Below are positions 49,693 to 60,241 of a DNA stretch of 64,000 nucleotides, piece by piece. The position numbers and the translations under genes are program-made. Numbering within the stretch: the first letter of the stretch is position 1; each line of letters opens with the position of its first letter. The DNA comes from Promethearchaeati archaeon SRVP18_Atabeyarchaeia-1 (lineage in GTDB: Archaea; Asgardarchaeota; Atabeyarchaeia; Atabeyarchaeales; Atabeyarchaeaceae), in assembly GCA_037308085.1 (NCBI GenBank), contig CP147779.1, positions 1,344,001 to 1,408,000 on the forward strand. The letters are read 5' to 3'. The notes below the pieces were generated by a model, which saw only the letters and a program-made list of their open reading frames with translations, searched no databases and was not told where the DNA came from.

Positions 49693-50450
49693 CCTATAGC
49701 TTAGTCATAGGGATCTTCGTCGGCCTTGCGGCTGGGTACTTAGGATCTCTGATGGTGTTGAAGAAGATGGCACTCGTGGGTGACGCAATGTCCCACGTGG
49801 CGTTGCCGGGCCTCGGCTTGGGAATCATGTTCAACTTCGATCGTTACTTGGGCGCCTTTGCAGTCCTCTTTGTCGCGGCAATAATAGTCTGGTACCTGGG
49901 GAGAGTCACCAAACTCTCGTATGAGGCACTGATAGGTACGCTGTTTACGACTGCGTTGGCCGTTGGAGTGCTAATGATACCTCAATTCGACTTGCTCGAA
50001 GCGCTGTTTGGCGACATCTCTAGCGTGAATTCTTTCGACGTTACGCTCGCAATAATAGTCTCTGTAGTGGCAATAGTTCTGACGAGAGTTATCTACAAGA
50101 GCATGATTCTAGGCATGATCTCAGAAGAGCTGGCAATCTCGAAAGGTGTCAAGATTGCAAGGATAAACTTGTTATATCTTCTACTGGTGTCGGCCGTGGT
50201 GGCTTTAGGAATAAGAATCACCGGAACACTGCTTGTTGGCTTCCTGGTCGTTGTTCCCGCGGTGACTGCTAAGAACCTCAGCCTAAGCTCCTTCAGATAC
50301 GCGGCTCTAAGTGCGATCTTTGCAGTGACTTGCTCGTTGGCGGGGATCCTGCTATCAAGCTACTTGGGAGTGCCACCTGGACCAATGGTGGTTCTCTCTG
50401 GGCTTGCACTGTTCTTAGCGAGTGTGCCAGTCAAATTACACAAGGGGTAA
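49677..50450 (+). CDS. Zn/Mn ABC transporter permease (ZnuB-like)
   Basis: GDAMSHVALPG, LFGD, GTLLV...P...A. Confidence 0.88.
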   Translation: MAEALAYSLVIGIFVGLAAGYLGSLMVLKKMALVGDAMSHVALPGLGLGIMFNFDRYLGAFAVLFVAAIIVWYLGRVTKLSYEALIGTLFTTALAVGVLMIPQFDLLEALFGDISSVNSFDVTLAIIVSVVAIVLTRVIYKSMILGMISEELAISKGVKIARINLLYLLLVSAVVALGIRITGTLLVGFLVVVPAVTAKNLSLSSFRYAALSAIFAVTCSLAGILLSSYLGVPPGPMVVLSGLALFLASVPVKLHKG

Positions 50451-50619
50451 GCATCGGGCGGAGAGCCTATCACAGCGAGTGCGCCATTTCGCGTTGTGTA
50501 CGGCGCACATCTCTGGCGCCGCTCCTTCAGGGTTGATGGACAGACAAAAACATAAGTCAGGTCAGCGTTCTAATGAGATGCTGATGCACGGAGACCGTAT
50601 TGAGCGTGGCTGAGGTAAT

Positions 50620-51384
50620 ATGCCCAAAATAATTGTCGACGGTCTGAAGACGCATTACGAGGAATACGGGGAAGGTAAGCCCTTAGTACTAATTCACGGA
50701 GCACAAGGGACGGTTGAAGGATTCGACGGGATGATCAAGATCCTAAGAAATAAGTATAGAGTCATCACTCCAAGCTTACCCGGTCGAAGTGGCTCAGAAT
50801 CAATGAGTGGCGAGGTCACCATGAAGCGCTACTCAGACCATATCGCGCGCTTGCTGCCAAAGATCAACGTGAAGAATGCAATTGTTGGGGGTAGCTCGAT
50901 GGGAGGGCTAGTGTCGCTGAGTTTCTGCTTCGATCACCCCGAGATGACTTCAGCCCTTGTACTTATCGATAGCCCGGCAAAGATACAGATAGACGAAAAG
51001 ATAGTGAACCTTTTCGTCGATGACTACGAAGGCACGACGAGGCTAGCCGCAAGTCTAGGATACTCGAAGAATACCCCCAAGGATGTTGTTGAAGCCGCTC
51101 TCAGGTACAACCTAAAAGTTCCAGTGGAAACTACCCTGAAAGACTTGAGAGCTACAGGCAGGTACGATCCGATCTCTAGGCTGGCTGAGATCAGAGTGCC
51201 TACACTCATAATAAGAGGCAGTGAGGATATCCTTACACCCAAGCCCATGAGCGACATCCTGAACAACAGAATCAAAGGATCCACCATCAAGATCATTAAA
51301 GGCGCGGGACACTCGAGCATCGTGGAGAAGCCAATGGAAGTATCTGAGGCAATAATGCAATTCCTTCGGAAACAGAGCATTTAG
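50620..51384 (+). CDS. Alpha/beta hydrolase
   Basis: LIHG, GSSMGG, GSED, GAGH. Confidence 0.9.
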   Translation: MPKIIVDGLKTHYEEYGEGKPLVLIHGAQGTVEGFDGMIKILRNKYRVITPSLPGRSGSESMSGEVTMKRYSDHIARLLPKINVKNAIVGGSSMGGLVSLSFCFDHPEMTSALVLIDSPAKIQIDEKIVNLFVDDYEGTTRLAASLGYSKNTPKDVVEAALRYNLKVPVETTLKDLRATGRYDPISRLAEIRVPTLIIRGSEDILTPKPMSDILNNRIKGSTIKIIKGAGHSSIVEKPMEVSEAIMQFLRKQSI

Positions 51385-51431
51385 GGCGACCACCAGGCGA
51401 TCTTCTGGGTCTACCGAGGTCGACGACACGG

Positions 51432-52298
51432 ATGAGAAGCAAATCCTCTGCCATATTTGTCACCGTGCTAGCAAGCCTACTGTGGGGATCTAGCTTCCCT
51501 GTCAACAAGGTCGGCGTATCCTACGTTGACCCGTACACCTTCGCATTTCTACGACTAGTAATGGCGTCAGCGGCGATCCTAGTAACCGCGGCAGCCATGC
51601 GGAAACTCGACTTGTCAGTTTTCAGGAGAAAAATAATATGGGGTCTGGGAATACTCAACGCAACAGGCTTCCTACTGCAATATATTGGATTTGTCTACAC
51701 TACTGCCTCGAGATCATCTCTGCTTGTGGACTCGGACGTGATCCTGATCGCAGTGCTGAGCTGGAGGATCTTCAAGGAGCGGTTTTCGATTGAGAAGAAG
51801 GCGGCCGTCGTCATGGGCGTGTTTGGTGCGGCCTTTCTTGAATCAGGTGCGAATCTAAGCGGTCTGCTAGGAGGAGAGCTTATGGGAGACCTGCTGGTGT
51901 TTCTCTCAGGAGTCGTGTGGGCTTTCTTCATGGTTGCTAACAAGGGAATGATCACGGAGAAAGCAGACTTGGTTACATTAGCCGTGGGCGTTCAGGTCAC
52001 GACGGCTATAGCCTTGTTCCCGTTCGGAATCGCACTGGGGACAACGGGTGTAGCGGCAATGGCTCCAGAGGGGTGGGCCGCAATTATCTTCACCGGTGTG
52101 CTCTGCTCCACCGCTGCTTATCTTCTTTGGTCTAAGGGTTTGAAGGGGCTGACCGTGACAACATCGGCTATAATACTTCTGCTCGAAGTGCTTTGGGCTC
52201 TACTTCTATCATTTACCCTGCTTGGCGAAAGCTTCTCGTTAATCTCAGCCGTGGGCGCATCATTCATACTGCTATCAATACTCTTGGCTTCAAGGTAG
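51432..52298 (+). CDS. EamA/DMT transporter
   Basis: LWGSSF, 10 TM helices, GE repeats. Confidence 0.88.
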   Translation: MRSKSSAIFVTVLASLLWGSSFPVNKVGVSYVDPYTFAFLRLVMASAAILVTAAAMRKLDLSVFRRKIIWGLGILNATGFLLQYIGFVYTTASRSSLLVDSDVILIAVLSWRIFKERFSIEKKAAVVMGVFGAAFLESGANLSGLLGGELMGDLLVFLSGVVWAFFMVANKGMITEKADLVTLAVGVQVTTAIALFPFGIALGTTGVAAMAPEGWAAIIFTGVLCSTAAYLLWSKGLKGLTVTTSAIILLLEVLWALLLSFTLLGESFSLISAVGASFILLSILLASR

Positions 52299-52340
52299 AT
52301 GCATGAGGCTCAGCTTCTTGAAGCCACCCAGACGAGAGTT

Positions 52341-52413
52341 ATGGGGTACTCGGCAAAAGAGAAGTAGCCCCACACGGAAATGTGGGGTCTCCTCCCCCTC
52401 CAAATACCCCACC
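52341..52413 (-). ncRNA. Candidate small hairpin RNA
   Basis: ~72-nt stem-loop with many G-U pairs that favour the minus strand; TTTATAT box (52434-52440) about 20 nt upstream. Confidence 0.45.
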
Positions 52414-52488
52414 TTATTACGTGCATCTCTGGGATATAAAGCTTACATGGAATGGAACCGCTTCCATCGTGCGTGATGGTTCTGGCCT

Positions 52489-53091
52489 TTACTTGTTTTC
52501 ATGTCCCTCCTTCTTTATGAGAGCCGCCAGCCAGGATATCTTCTTTCCCATTTCACGGGCTGTTTCTATGCCTTCCTTGTCATTGAGCACTTCGCCCTTT
52601 TCTCTTCCGTATGCGATGGTCCAGTAGGATACGCCGGGGACTATCATTCCGCTCAACAGGAAGAAGAAGAGTAGCTGGGCGTAGGTGAAGTTTGCTCCTG
52701 CCCTCCTCGCTACGACTAGGGCGCTACCAACCTTGTTGTTCAATGGTTGCCCCAGCGCCTTAGCCATGTATCCCATTCGGTCGACGAAGATCTTCATCTG
52801 GGGTGAGCATGACCCGAAGTAGACTGGCGTTGCCAAGACCACCCCGTCTGCTTCGCTTATCTTGTTGAAAAGCTTCTCTCCATCATCATCTATCTTGCAT
52901 TTCTTGGTTTTGCGGCAAACCATGCACGCATCACAAGGTTTGAGGCTGTACTCGGCAAGTCTGATGGCCTCGATTTCGGCACCATCCTGCTCTGCAGACT
53001 TGAGGAGCTCCTTTGCAAGTAGCTCGCTATTTCCGCCTTTTCTGGGGCTTCCAATGAACGCAACTATCTTGGGTTTAGCATTATCTGGCAT
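52489..53091 (-). CDS. Iron-sulfur flavoprotein (Isf)/flavodoxin family
   Basis: GSPRKGGNS, CDACMVC...C, TPVYFG, ARRAG. Confidence 0.9.
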   Translation of the reverse strand: MPDNAKPKIVAFIGSPRKGGNSELLAKELLKSAEQDGAEIEAIRLAEYSLKPCDACMVCRKTKKCKIDDDGEKLFNKISEADGVVLATPVYFGSCSPQMKIFVDRMGYMAKALGQPLNNKVGSALVVARRAGANFTYAQLLFFFLLSGMIVPGVSYWTIAYGREKGEVLNDKEGIETAREMGKKISWLAALIKKEGHENK

Positions 53092-53182
53092 GATATCTTT
53101 CCACCCCGATTTTAAAGTCCGATTGTAGACCCACCGCAGTCTCCTGAAGAGACAATATAATTGCTGCCCTCCTGCTATTTAT

Positions 53183-55822
53183 CTATTGACTGGTTTTCCT
53201 TTCCGGGGTTTCGATAAACTCTGCGAGTTCTTTGCATTGATCTGACACCCCCTGTCTGCCTATTGCCCTCATGATCCTCTCCATTCCTCTGAGTCGGTGT
53301 ATCTCCTGTTCAAACCAGTCGAAGAGATCTCCAGGATAGACCTGCAGGCTGTAGTCCTCTTGAAGTTTCTCCGATATCCGCTTTGGAGTCAGTCCAGCTA
53401 GTCTCAGAGAGACTATCTTCCTGCAGATCTTCTCTGCACCGCAGTCACAGAAGGGGTTGTCTCTACAATTGCAGTTGAAGAACTCAGTCGCCCACTTCAC
53501 GAGGAGGCCGAGAACCCAGCTCGGAAGCGTTTTATGGCCACCACTCTTTGAGACACTCATTACGTCGAGCACGGCGCCTGAGAGGAGATTCGACGAGAAG
53601 CGCGTGTTGAAAGCCCGCTCAAGTTCAGACTGGACCGCGGACGAGATATAGACTTGATGAATTGGGTTAAGCTTCAATGATAAGGCCAAAGGATCCATTT
53701 TTCCAGCGTTCTCCTTGACGAGAAGCGCTTCCTCGGGAGTGAAGAACGAGATTGCAGTTGCCTTGCCGAATTCCGTGGTGTAGCAGGTCCTCCTCTCATT
53801 ATTCTCGTCTTTCCTCACTTCGACTAGCCCATCCTTAACCAGCGCGCCGAGTGCCTCCGGGAACGGGGTTGTCCTTCCAATCATCTGGTCATATGACTCC
53901 TGCAGTTCGTCGATCGTCACCCCACTTAATTCGAAGGCTGAAACATCGCTCAGCAGTTGTGCCGAGCAATTGTCTTCATCGTGTTCAGGCTCGACATCCT
54001 CAGGAGTTCCTTCAAGGAGTTCCACCGCGATCTTGTCTTCTGTTTCCTCCTTCTCGCCGTGACAAACTCTACTTTGCTCGGCGAGGAGAACTACCTTTCC
54101 TCTATCGTGCATGCCGAGTCTTCCGGCCCTCCCCATCATCTGCTCGAATTCACTACTCGTGAGATACCGGTTTCCCATGCTTGGCGTCTCGAAGACAACT
54201 TGGCTTGCAGGGGCGTTGAAACCTGCGCCGAGAGCGTACGTCGTGACAACTGCGTCATACGTTCCCTTTACGAAGGACATCTCAATGCTTTTCCTCGTCC
54301 TGTAGGTCATTCCGGCGTGGTAGGGAGTCGTGTTCAGTCCGTTGTCTTGCAGGAAAGTTGAAAGCTCGTGAGTCCTGCGCCTGGAATTCGTAAACACAAT
54401 CGTCTGCCCTCGATATCCCGTGCTGCTCATAACTCTTGTCTCGAACCTAACCAGCTGTTTGAGCGCTTGAAGCTTGTCTGCCTCGGAGAAGCAGATGATT
54501 AGGTGCCTCTCAAGTGGGACAGGCCTCCCCGGATAGACCACCGGAGTCAACTCTAGATCGCTGGCGAGTTCCTCCGGGTTTCCGACAGTGGCTGAGAGGC
54601 AGATGAACTGGCATTGTGGGAAGAGCTTCCTGAACCTCGTAATGAGACCATCTAACTCTGGTCCCCGTTCCTCGTCAGCCATCATTTGGACTTCATCGAC
54701 GATGACAACGCCCACCTTCCCGAAGTCTGCAGCTTTTCCTGATCTGAGTAACACGTCGAGACCCTCATATGTTGCGCTGATCATGTTGCCTGCTTTGATG
54801 TCTCCGTCCACCAACACAAGTTCCTCATCTCCGACATCGATCCTGCTCATACCTACTTTGATAACTGTTCTCAGACCTATCCTAGAATAATGCGATCTGA
54901 ACTCCTCGTACTTCTGATTCGCCAGCGCAACTAGGGGCGCCAGATAGATCATTTTCTCTCCCCTAAATACTTTGGTGGCACCCGCGAGTTCTCCGATCAG
55001 GGTTTTGCCGCTTGAGGTAGCGGAGACGATAAGGAGATTGGCTCCTCTGAGCAGGCCTGCCTTGATTGCGGCATCCTGAACGGGTAGAAGGAACTTCACG
55101 CCAGCGTCTAAGAGAACCTTGCCAACTTCTGGAGGAATGCTGAGGTCTTTCAGAGTTGTTGTTGGCTTGAAGGGTTCTGCAGGAACTCGATCGAAAAGAG
55201 TGAGCTCAGGGTGTGAGACCAAGTCCTTCTTGTAGAAAGCAAACCTGATCGCCTTATCCACATGCTTTACGCTGTCCAGGATCTGTGCGACTTGTTTCTT
55301 CGTAGCTCTTGTTGCTTTCTTGTCTCCCTCGAATTCAACTTCCTTGACAACCTCCGACATTGCGCATTCTCGGCAAAGTGTAGATCCATGAAGGTTGTAC
55401 CTGGTGTTCTGATCCACCATCGTAACGTTGCTATCGACTAAACAGAACTCACATAGATCACACTCAAGGACCTTCTTTGAAGGTATTTGGAATGTCCTTA
55501 GAAGCGCTGTGAAATTCTTTAGGAATGCCTGAGAGGATTTCTTGGGGAGACAGATCTCTATGCAGTTTCGAAGCAGGTTTATGAACTCCTTTGGCTGGAG
55601 GAACTTTGGGCTCTTTTCCTCAATCCAGAACTTGCTGGGTCTTAGGAACTCGTTCTCTCTGACCAACTCAACATAGCTAGTGAAAGAGGCCTTCACCTTG
55701 TTTCCAGCTGAAAGCCTCCCTCGGACAAGTAGAACCCTTATCCGACTACTTGTCTCGCCCCCAACCGGGCTCACGACTATAGAGTAGCCAGCGAAATCCC
55801 TTTGCTCGATCATTATGGGCAA
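53183..55822 (-). CDS. Archaeal Ski2-like DEAD/DEAH helicase with Cys clusters (DUF5814-type)
   Basis: SATSSGKT, DEVQ, SAT, QMMGRAGR; N-terminal CxxC...CxxC; C-terminal CNCRDNPFCDC, YPGD. Confidence 0.9.
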   Translation of the reverse strand: MPIMIEQRDFAGYSIVVSPVGGETSSRIRVLLVRGRLSAGNKVKASFTSYVELVRENEFLRPSKFWIEEKSPKFLQPKEFINLLRNCIEICLPKKSSQAFLKNFTALLRTFQIPSKKVLECDLCEFCLVDSNVTMVDQNTRYNLHGSTLCRECAMSEVVKEVEFEGDKKATRATKKQVAQILDSVKHVDKAIRFAFYKKDLVSHPELTLFDRVPAEPFKPTTTLKDLSIPPEVGKVLLDAGVKFLLPVQDAAIKAGLLRGANLLIVSATSSGKTLIGELAGATKVFRGEKMIYLAPLVALANQKYEEFRSHYSRIGLRTVIKVGMSRIDVGDEELVLVDGDIKAGNMISATYEGLDVLLRSGKAADFGKVGVVIVDEVQMMADEERGPELDGLITRFRKLFPQCQFICLSATVGNPEELASDLELTPVVYPGRPVPLERHLIICFSEADKLQALKQLVRFETRVMSSTGYRGQTIVFTNSRRRTHELSTFLQDNGLNTTPYHAGMTYRTRKSIEMSFVKGTYDAVVTTYALGAGFNAPASQVVFETPSMGNRYLTSSEFEQMMGRAGRLGMHDRGKVVLLAEQSRVCHGEKEETEDKIAVELLEGTPEDVEPEHDEDNCSAQLLSDVSAFELSGVTIDELQESYDQMIGRTTPFPEALGALVKDGLVEVRKDENNERRTCYTTEFGKATAISFFTPEEALLVKENAGKMDPLALSLKLNPIHQVYISSAVQSELERAFNTRFSSNLLSGAVLDVMSVSKSGGHKTLPSWVLGLLVKWATEFFNCNCRDNPFCDCGAEKICRKIVSLRLAGLTPKRISEKLQEDYSLQVYPGDLFDWFEQEIHRLRGMERIMRAIGRQGVSDQCKELAEFIETPERKTSQ

Positions 55823-56030
55823 CCTTTTCCACTAGGACGATACTTCATACAGACCAAGGCAACTCGGTCGATAGACAAAGGCAGAATCAAGTTCTTATTT
55901 ATTTGTGCTACATCGAGAATGATCTCAGATCCACTCCCTGGAAGACGCCATAAGGCTTCCACTCAGGCAAGCTTCCCCCGTTCCCTGCCTCAAGTTAGAA
56001 GACCGAAATACGCGAGAACGTGGAAATACA

Positions 56031-57452
56031 CTATGGATGCTCCTTTAGGTATCTCCAGCGGAAGTGAAGACTGCTCAGGGTCGTCACCACCTCGGAGATG
56101 CTGTGAGCGATAGGGATCCCCTTGTCTATGAGTTTCCCAACCGAGGCGCTGCTCAGCCTCGTGAGAGGCGTGAAGAAGACAATGGGCTTTCCATATGTCA
56201 GGCTTTCTTCATATGCTCTCGCCGCTAGATCGACTTCCCATGGGAGCGAATCAGGTTCTATCGGAGTCATCTCGCCTACTCCGGAGACAACAATCGCATC
56301 AGATTCTCTGTCAGATAACAACTGCCCGATCAATTTGACCATGATCACTGGATCGTAGGTTCCGCCAGCCCCAAAGTCTATGGGGTTCTTGACTGAGGCT
56401 CTCTCGGATGGGATGAACTTCCTGAGTCTTTCCTGTAGTTCCGCCGAGAACTGCTGCACTTGCAGATCCCCTCTGGGCAGCGAGTCACTAAGGGACACCC
56501 CCCAACCAGCGCCAATTGTTATCAATGCGACATTTCGTCCTCTCATGAGAGGATACTTGACGAAGGCGTTCGCTATTCTTGGTAGCATGTCGAGATCAGG
56601 GATTTGGGCGACCCCAGACTGCTTGAACAATCCCTTGTACACATTGTAGGATCCGGCAATGGAAGCAGTGTGGGAAAGCGCGGCTCTTGCGCCTGATTCC
56701 CATTCCCCGACTTTGTAGACTACGATCGGCTTCTTTCGTGCAACTTCCTTAACAACCTTCTTGAAGCGCTCCCCGTTTCGCACGCCCTCAATGTAGGACA
56801 TTATGACTTTGGTAGAGGGATCTTCCCCAAAGTATTCAATGACGTCCGTGACTGTGAGGTCGCATTCGTTTCCCAAGCTGACGTATTTGCCGAAGGTCAC
56901 GCCTGTAGCTGGCCCATTATATGAGAATGTGTTGCCAATGTATCCTGACTGGGTTGCGAATCCTATGGGGCTGTCTCTCAGGAGGTGGTTCGGCGTAGAG
57001 GAAGTGTTCATGTCGGCGGATGCATTGATTGATCCATTGCAGTTGGGACCTTGGATTGTCACGCGTGTTTCGCGTGCAATGGAGGTGAGTCTTTCCTGCG
57101 CCTCTTGTCCCCACTCGGTTGCTTCGCGAAATCCCCCGCTGATGATCTGTATTGCTTTGGCCTTCTTGGAGATGCAGTCCTCGGCAACTTGGATTACCTT
57201 GTCAGCCGAAATTACCAGAACCGCAAGTTCAAACTCATCCTCGATATCCTTGACGCTGGCATAGGCCTTCTGACCGAGGATGGTTCTTGCCTTAGGGTTG
57301 ACGAGGAAGACTCTGCGTCTGCGTGATGCTTCAACAACATTCTTGGCTATCCAGTTCCCCCAAGTTATCGGCTGGTTGGAGGCTCCAATGACGGCTATTG
57401 ATCGCGGATCGAAGAGACACCGTATTCCTTCTTTCCTATGTGAAGACATCAT
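56031..57452 (-). CDS. NDP-forming acyl-CoA synthetase alpha-subunit-like protein
   Basis: PRSIAVIGAS, GPNC, QSG, SLGNE, SHT (phospho-His), NPID. Confidence 0.88.
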   Translation of the reverse strand: MMSSHRKEGIRCLFDPRSIAVIGASNQPITWGNWIAKNVVEASRRRRVFLVNPKARTILGQKAYASVKDIEDEFELAVLVISADKVIQVAEDCISKKAKAIQIISGGFREATEWGQEAQERLTSIARETRVTIQGPNCNGSINASADMNTSSTPNHLLRDSPIGFATQSGYIGNTFSYNGPATGVTFGKYVSLGNECDLTVTDVIEYFGEDPSTKVIMSYIEGVRNGERFKKVVKEVARKKPIVVYKVGEWESGARAALSHTASIAGSYNVYKGLFKQSGVAQIPDLDMLPRIANAFVKYPLMRGRNVALITIGAGWGVSLSDSLPRGDLQVQQFSAELQERLRKFIPSERASVKNPIDFGAGGTYDPVIMVKLIGQLLSDRESDAIVVSGVGEMTPIEPDSLPWEVDLAARAYEESLTYGKPIVFFTPLTRLSSASVGKLIDKGIPIAHSISEVVTTLSSLHFRWRYLKEHP

Positions 57453-57453
57453 C

Positions 57454-58077
57454 CTAGGGTTCCTCCATGAACTTCACAAACTGCTGTTTGGTTCTCGGCT
57501 TCAGTGTGTAGTTGTTCTTTTTCTCGTATCCTATGGTGGAGTGTGGTTTGGGGCCATAGTCATGGCCTGGGTAGACTTCAACACTATCTGGGAGTTTAGT
57601 GAGCTTGGAGAGGCTATCATAGAGTTTTCGTGGGTCGCTGCCCGGCAGATCTGCTCTCCCGCACTCGCCGACGAAGAGGGTGTCTCCCGTCATGACAATC
57701 TTGTTTTCAACGAGCAACGAGATCCCGTCGGGGGAGTGACCAGGCGTATGAATGACTCTGATATTGATTCCACCGAGCTTGATGATGTCTCCCTCCTTAA
57801 CAGCCACGTCCTTTCTCACAATGCTGTTCTCATATGCCACGATCCTTGCGCCTGTTGCTTTTTTGAGCCTCTCATTACCTTGAGTGTGATCATAATGCGC
57901 ATGGGTGTTTATGATGTAGATGATCTTAAGATTCCGACTTGCTGCCAAGTCGAGGACTCGCTTATATTCATAAGGTGGATCTACAACTGCTGCCTGCCCT
58001 TCTTCGATATCTCCAACTACATAGGAGAAGTTATCTGACTCAGGTGTTCTCAATTGCACGAAAAACAATGAAGCCAT
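57454..58077 (-). CDS. MBL-fold hydrolase (glyoxalase II/ETHE1-like)
   Basis: THAHYDH, TPGHS, TGDTLF, PGHDY. Confidence 0.92.
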   Translation of the reverse strand: MASLFFVQLRTPESDNFSYVVGDIEEGQAAVVDPPYEYKRVLDLAASRNLKIIYIINTHAHYDHTQGNERLKKATGARIVAYENSIVRKDVAVKEGDIIKLGGINIRVIHTPGHSPDGISLLVENKIVMTGDTLFVGECGRADLPGSDPRKLYDSLSKLTKLPDSVEVYPGHDYGPKPHSTIGYEKKNNYTLKPRTKQQFVKFMEEP

Positions 58078-58095
58078 GGGTGGGACGCTCCAAGC

Positions 58096-59130
58096 TCATG
58101 CCGGTCGGCTCTTCTGTTTTGTACTTCTTGGTTTCTTCGATAAGTGTCTCCTGATCCTGTCTTCTATACTGACAAGCACTGTGGCGCTCAAGATCAGTAT
58201 AGCTCCTGCGAGATCCCAGGAGGTGAGAGGCTGATTGAGAATGAATACCCCCATGATCATGACGCTGACAGGCTCCACAAGAAGGATTACTCCCGCTCTA
58301 GAGGCCTTCACTCTCCTCAGTCCCATTGCGAGTAAGGCGTAGGGTGTGACAGTCGAAACGAAAATCAATGCAAGCACCAACACCAAGGCATCGACAGGGA
58401 AATTAAGTACTAGACCAGTAACGGCTTGATCGTTGATGAATGCGCTCATGAGCAGCCAGAGCGGAATGGACCATAGAGTGGCAAAGAAGAAAGAATAGAA
58501 CATTGTTGTGGCGAAACTGTAGCTCTTGTTTGATCCGGAGAGTCGGCCAACAATAACGTACACGGAATAGAAGAATCCGTTCATGGCCGCTAGTAGAGCG
58601 CCAAGGACTGGTATCGAGGTGACAGTTCCGAAGACTTGCCAGAGTCCGCTTACTATGGATGCACCCAGAATGGAAGTACCTACTGCGATTACCTTAACAA
58701 ATGTTATCCCTTCTCTCAAGAAGAGTCGCGCGAAAATGACGGAGAACATTGGCTGCAGATACGATAGTGTTACTGCGACAGCTACTGGCGTGCCCAAAGC
58801 TATCGAGGAAAGGTAGGCAATAATGGAGAGAGATACCCCGAAAAGTCCATTGATTACGAAGAACTTCACGTCTCCTCGCCTTATTTTGCGAAGCGGGGAT
58901 TTAAGCAGAAGAACTAAACCGAATAGAAGTGCAGTGACTGAGATCCTGAAGAACCCTTGTTCGATTGACGGCACACCCATTTTTGTGAGTAGAGTCGAGA
59001 GTATCGCCGTGAAGCTATAGGTGATGCCAGCAACCAGTACAAGGATGTACCCAAGGGAAGATTCCTCAGTAGCCTCACTTGACAATCCAAGCCACCTTGC
59101 AGAATTATAAACTGAGACCGACCGGCACAC
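58096..59130 (-). CDS. EamA/DMT transporter
   Basis: 10 TM helices, LSYLQP, EPV; true start probably somewhat downstream. Confidence 0.85.
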   Translation of the reverse strand: MCRSVSVYNSARWLGLSSEATEESSLGYILVLVAGITYSFTAILSTLLTKMGVPSIEQGFFRISVTALLFGLVLLLKSPLRKIRRGDVKFFVINGLFGVSLSIIAYLSSIALGTPVAVAVTLSYLQPMFSVIFARLFLREGITFVKVIAVGTSILGASIVSGLWQVFGTVTSIPVLGALLAAMNGFFYSVYVIVGRLSGSNKSYSFATTMFYSFFFATLWSIPLWLLMSAFINDQAVTGLVLNFPVDALVLVLALIFVSTVTPYALLAMGLRRVKASRAGVILLVEPVSVMIMGVFILNQPLTSWDLAGAILILSATVLVSIEDRIRRHLSKKPRSTKQKSRPA

Positions 59131-59251
59131 AAATCCACCTCTGAGACGAGGCAGTATTCTGATCAGGCAGACAGCTGAACCGATCCGTTGATATATATCC
59201 TCGTCAACAGATATTCCTTTTGATGAGTCGCTGAAAGGAGAGGATCAGTAA

Positions 59252-59767
59252 TTGGATGTACTCGAAGCTATTCTTAGTCGAAGGAGCATTAGGAAGTTCA
59301 AGAAGGACAAGCCAGTTGAGGAAGAGAAACTTCAGAAAGTGCTTGATGCCTGCAGGGCTGCTCCCTCTGCGCACAACCGTCAACCTTGGGAGTTCATTGT
59401 CATCACCAGCAAGGAGGCTTTGAAAGCAATCTCCAAGGAGACAGCCTACGGACAGTTCTTGGCTAGTGCCCCCATGGGCGTGGCCATAGTGCTCGATCCG
59501 AAGGTGAGTCCCGACCAGTACATGGTTGACGGAGGGATAGTCTCCCAGAACTTTGCACTGGCGGCATACGGTCTCGGACTTGGAACTTGCTGGGTTGGAA
59601 CGATGAACAGAGACAAAGTAAAGGGGCTCCTCGGCATACCCGCTGAAAAATATCTTCTGACCGTGCTACCTCTCGGCTACCCCGATGGCAATTTTCCAGC
59701 CATACCTAGAAAGCCATTGAAAGACGTGCTCTACTACGAGAAGTATGACCAGCGCAATCGCTGCTGA
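59252..59767 (+). CDS. Nitroreductase family protein
   Basis: RRSIRKF, APSAHNRQPW, GLGTCW, LGYP. Confidence 0.92.
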   Translation: MDVLEAILSRRSIRKFKKDKPVEEEKLQKVLDACRAAPSAHNRQPWEFIVITSKEALKAISKETAYGQFLASAPMGVAIVLDPKVSPDQYMVDGGIVSQNFALAAYGLGLGTCWVGTMNRDKVKGLLGIPAEKYLLTVLPLGYPDGNFPAIPRKPLKDVLYYEKYDQRNRC

Positions 59768-59820
59768 GTTAGCAAACATCTTATTCTGGAGAGCTAACTA
59801 GAAGATCATATGGCACTTAG

Positions 59821-60213
59821 ATGGATGGCGGAGTACTAGGAGGTCGCAGGGTTTTGGGTGATCCAACTGACGAGAAAAGCAGACCAGTTGTGGACAGGGA
59901 GTCCGAGAAGGAAGGCAAAGCTCAAGAGGACGGAAATGAACACGCAGGAGCGGTCGACATAGGCGCCTTGGACACTTATACGACCCTGAAGTTGTTCCTC
60001 ACCATACTTTCAGGGCAAGCATGGCGAAAAATGGGCCTGGTCGTTGACCCCCAAACAAACAAAGCGGAGAAGGACATGGAGCAAGCCAGGACAGCGATAG
60101 ACTGCTTCCAATTTATCCTTAAGAGGATCGAGGGAAAACTCAGCGAAGAAGAAAAAGGAAAGCTAAACACCATCTTGAGCGATCTGCAGCTCAACTTCGT
60201 AACGCATCAATGA
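59821..60213 (+). CDS. DUF1844-like protein
   Basis: QAWRKMGLVVDP...DMEQARTAID...LSDLQLNFV. Confidence 0.75.
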   Translation: MDGGVLGGRRVLGDPTDEKSRPVVDRESEKEGKAQEDGNEHAGAVDIGALDTYTTLKLFLTILSGQAWRKMGLVVDPQTNKAEKDMEQARTAIDCFQFILKRIEGKLSEEEKGKLNTILSDLQLNFVTHQ

Positions 60214-60241
60214 TCGCTTGCAGCAAAGGCGAATAGGGTCC

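Noticed and set aside
57280-58038. 252-aa plus-strand ORF and other long antisense ORFs (e.g. 60255-60896, 61422-61997, 2150-2659)
   Set aside because: Shadow frames opposite well-supported genes, with no motifs.
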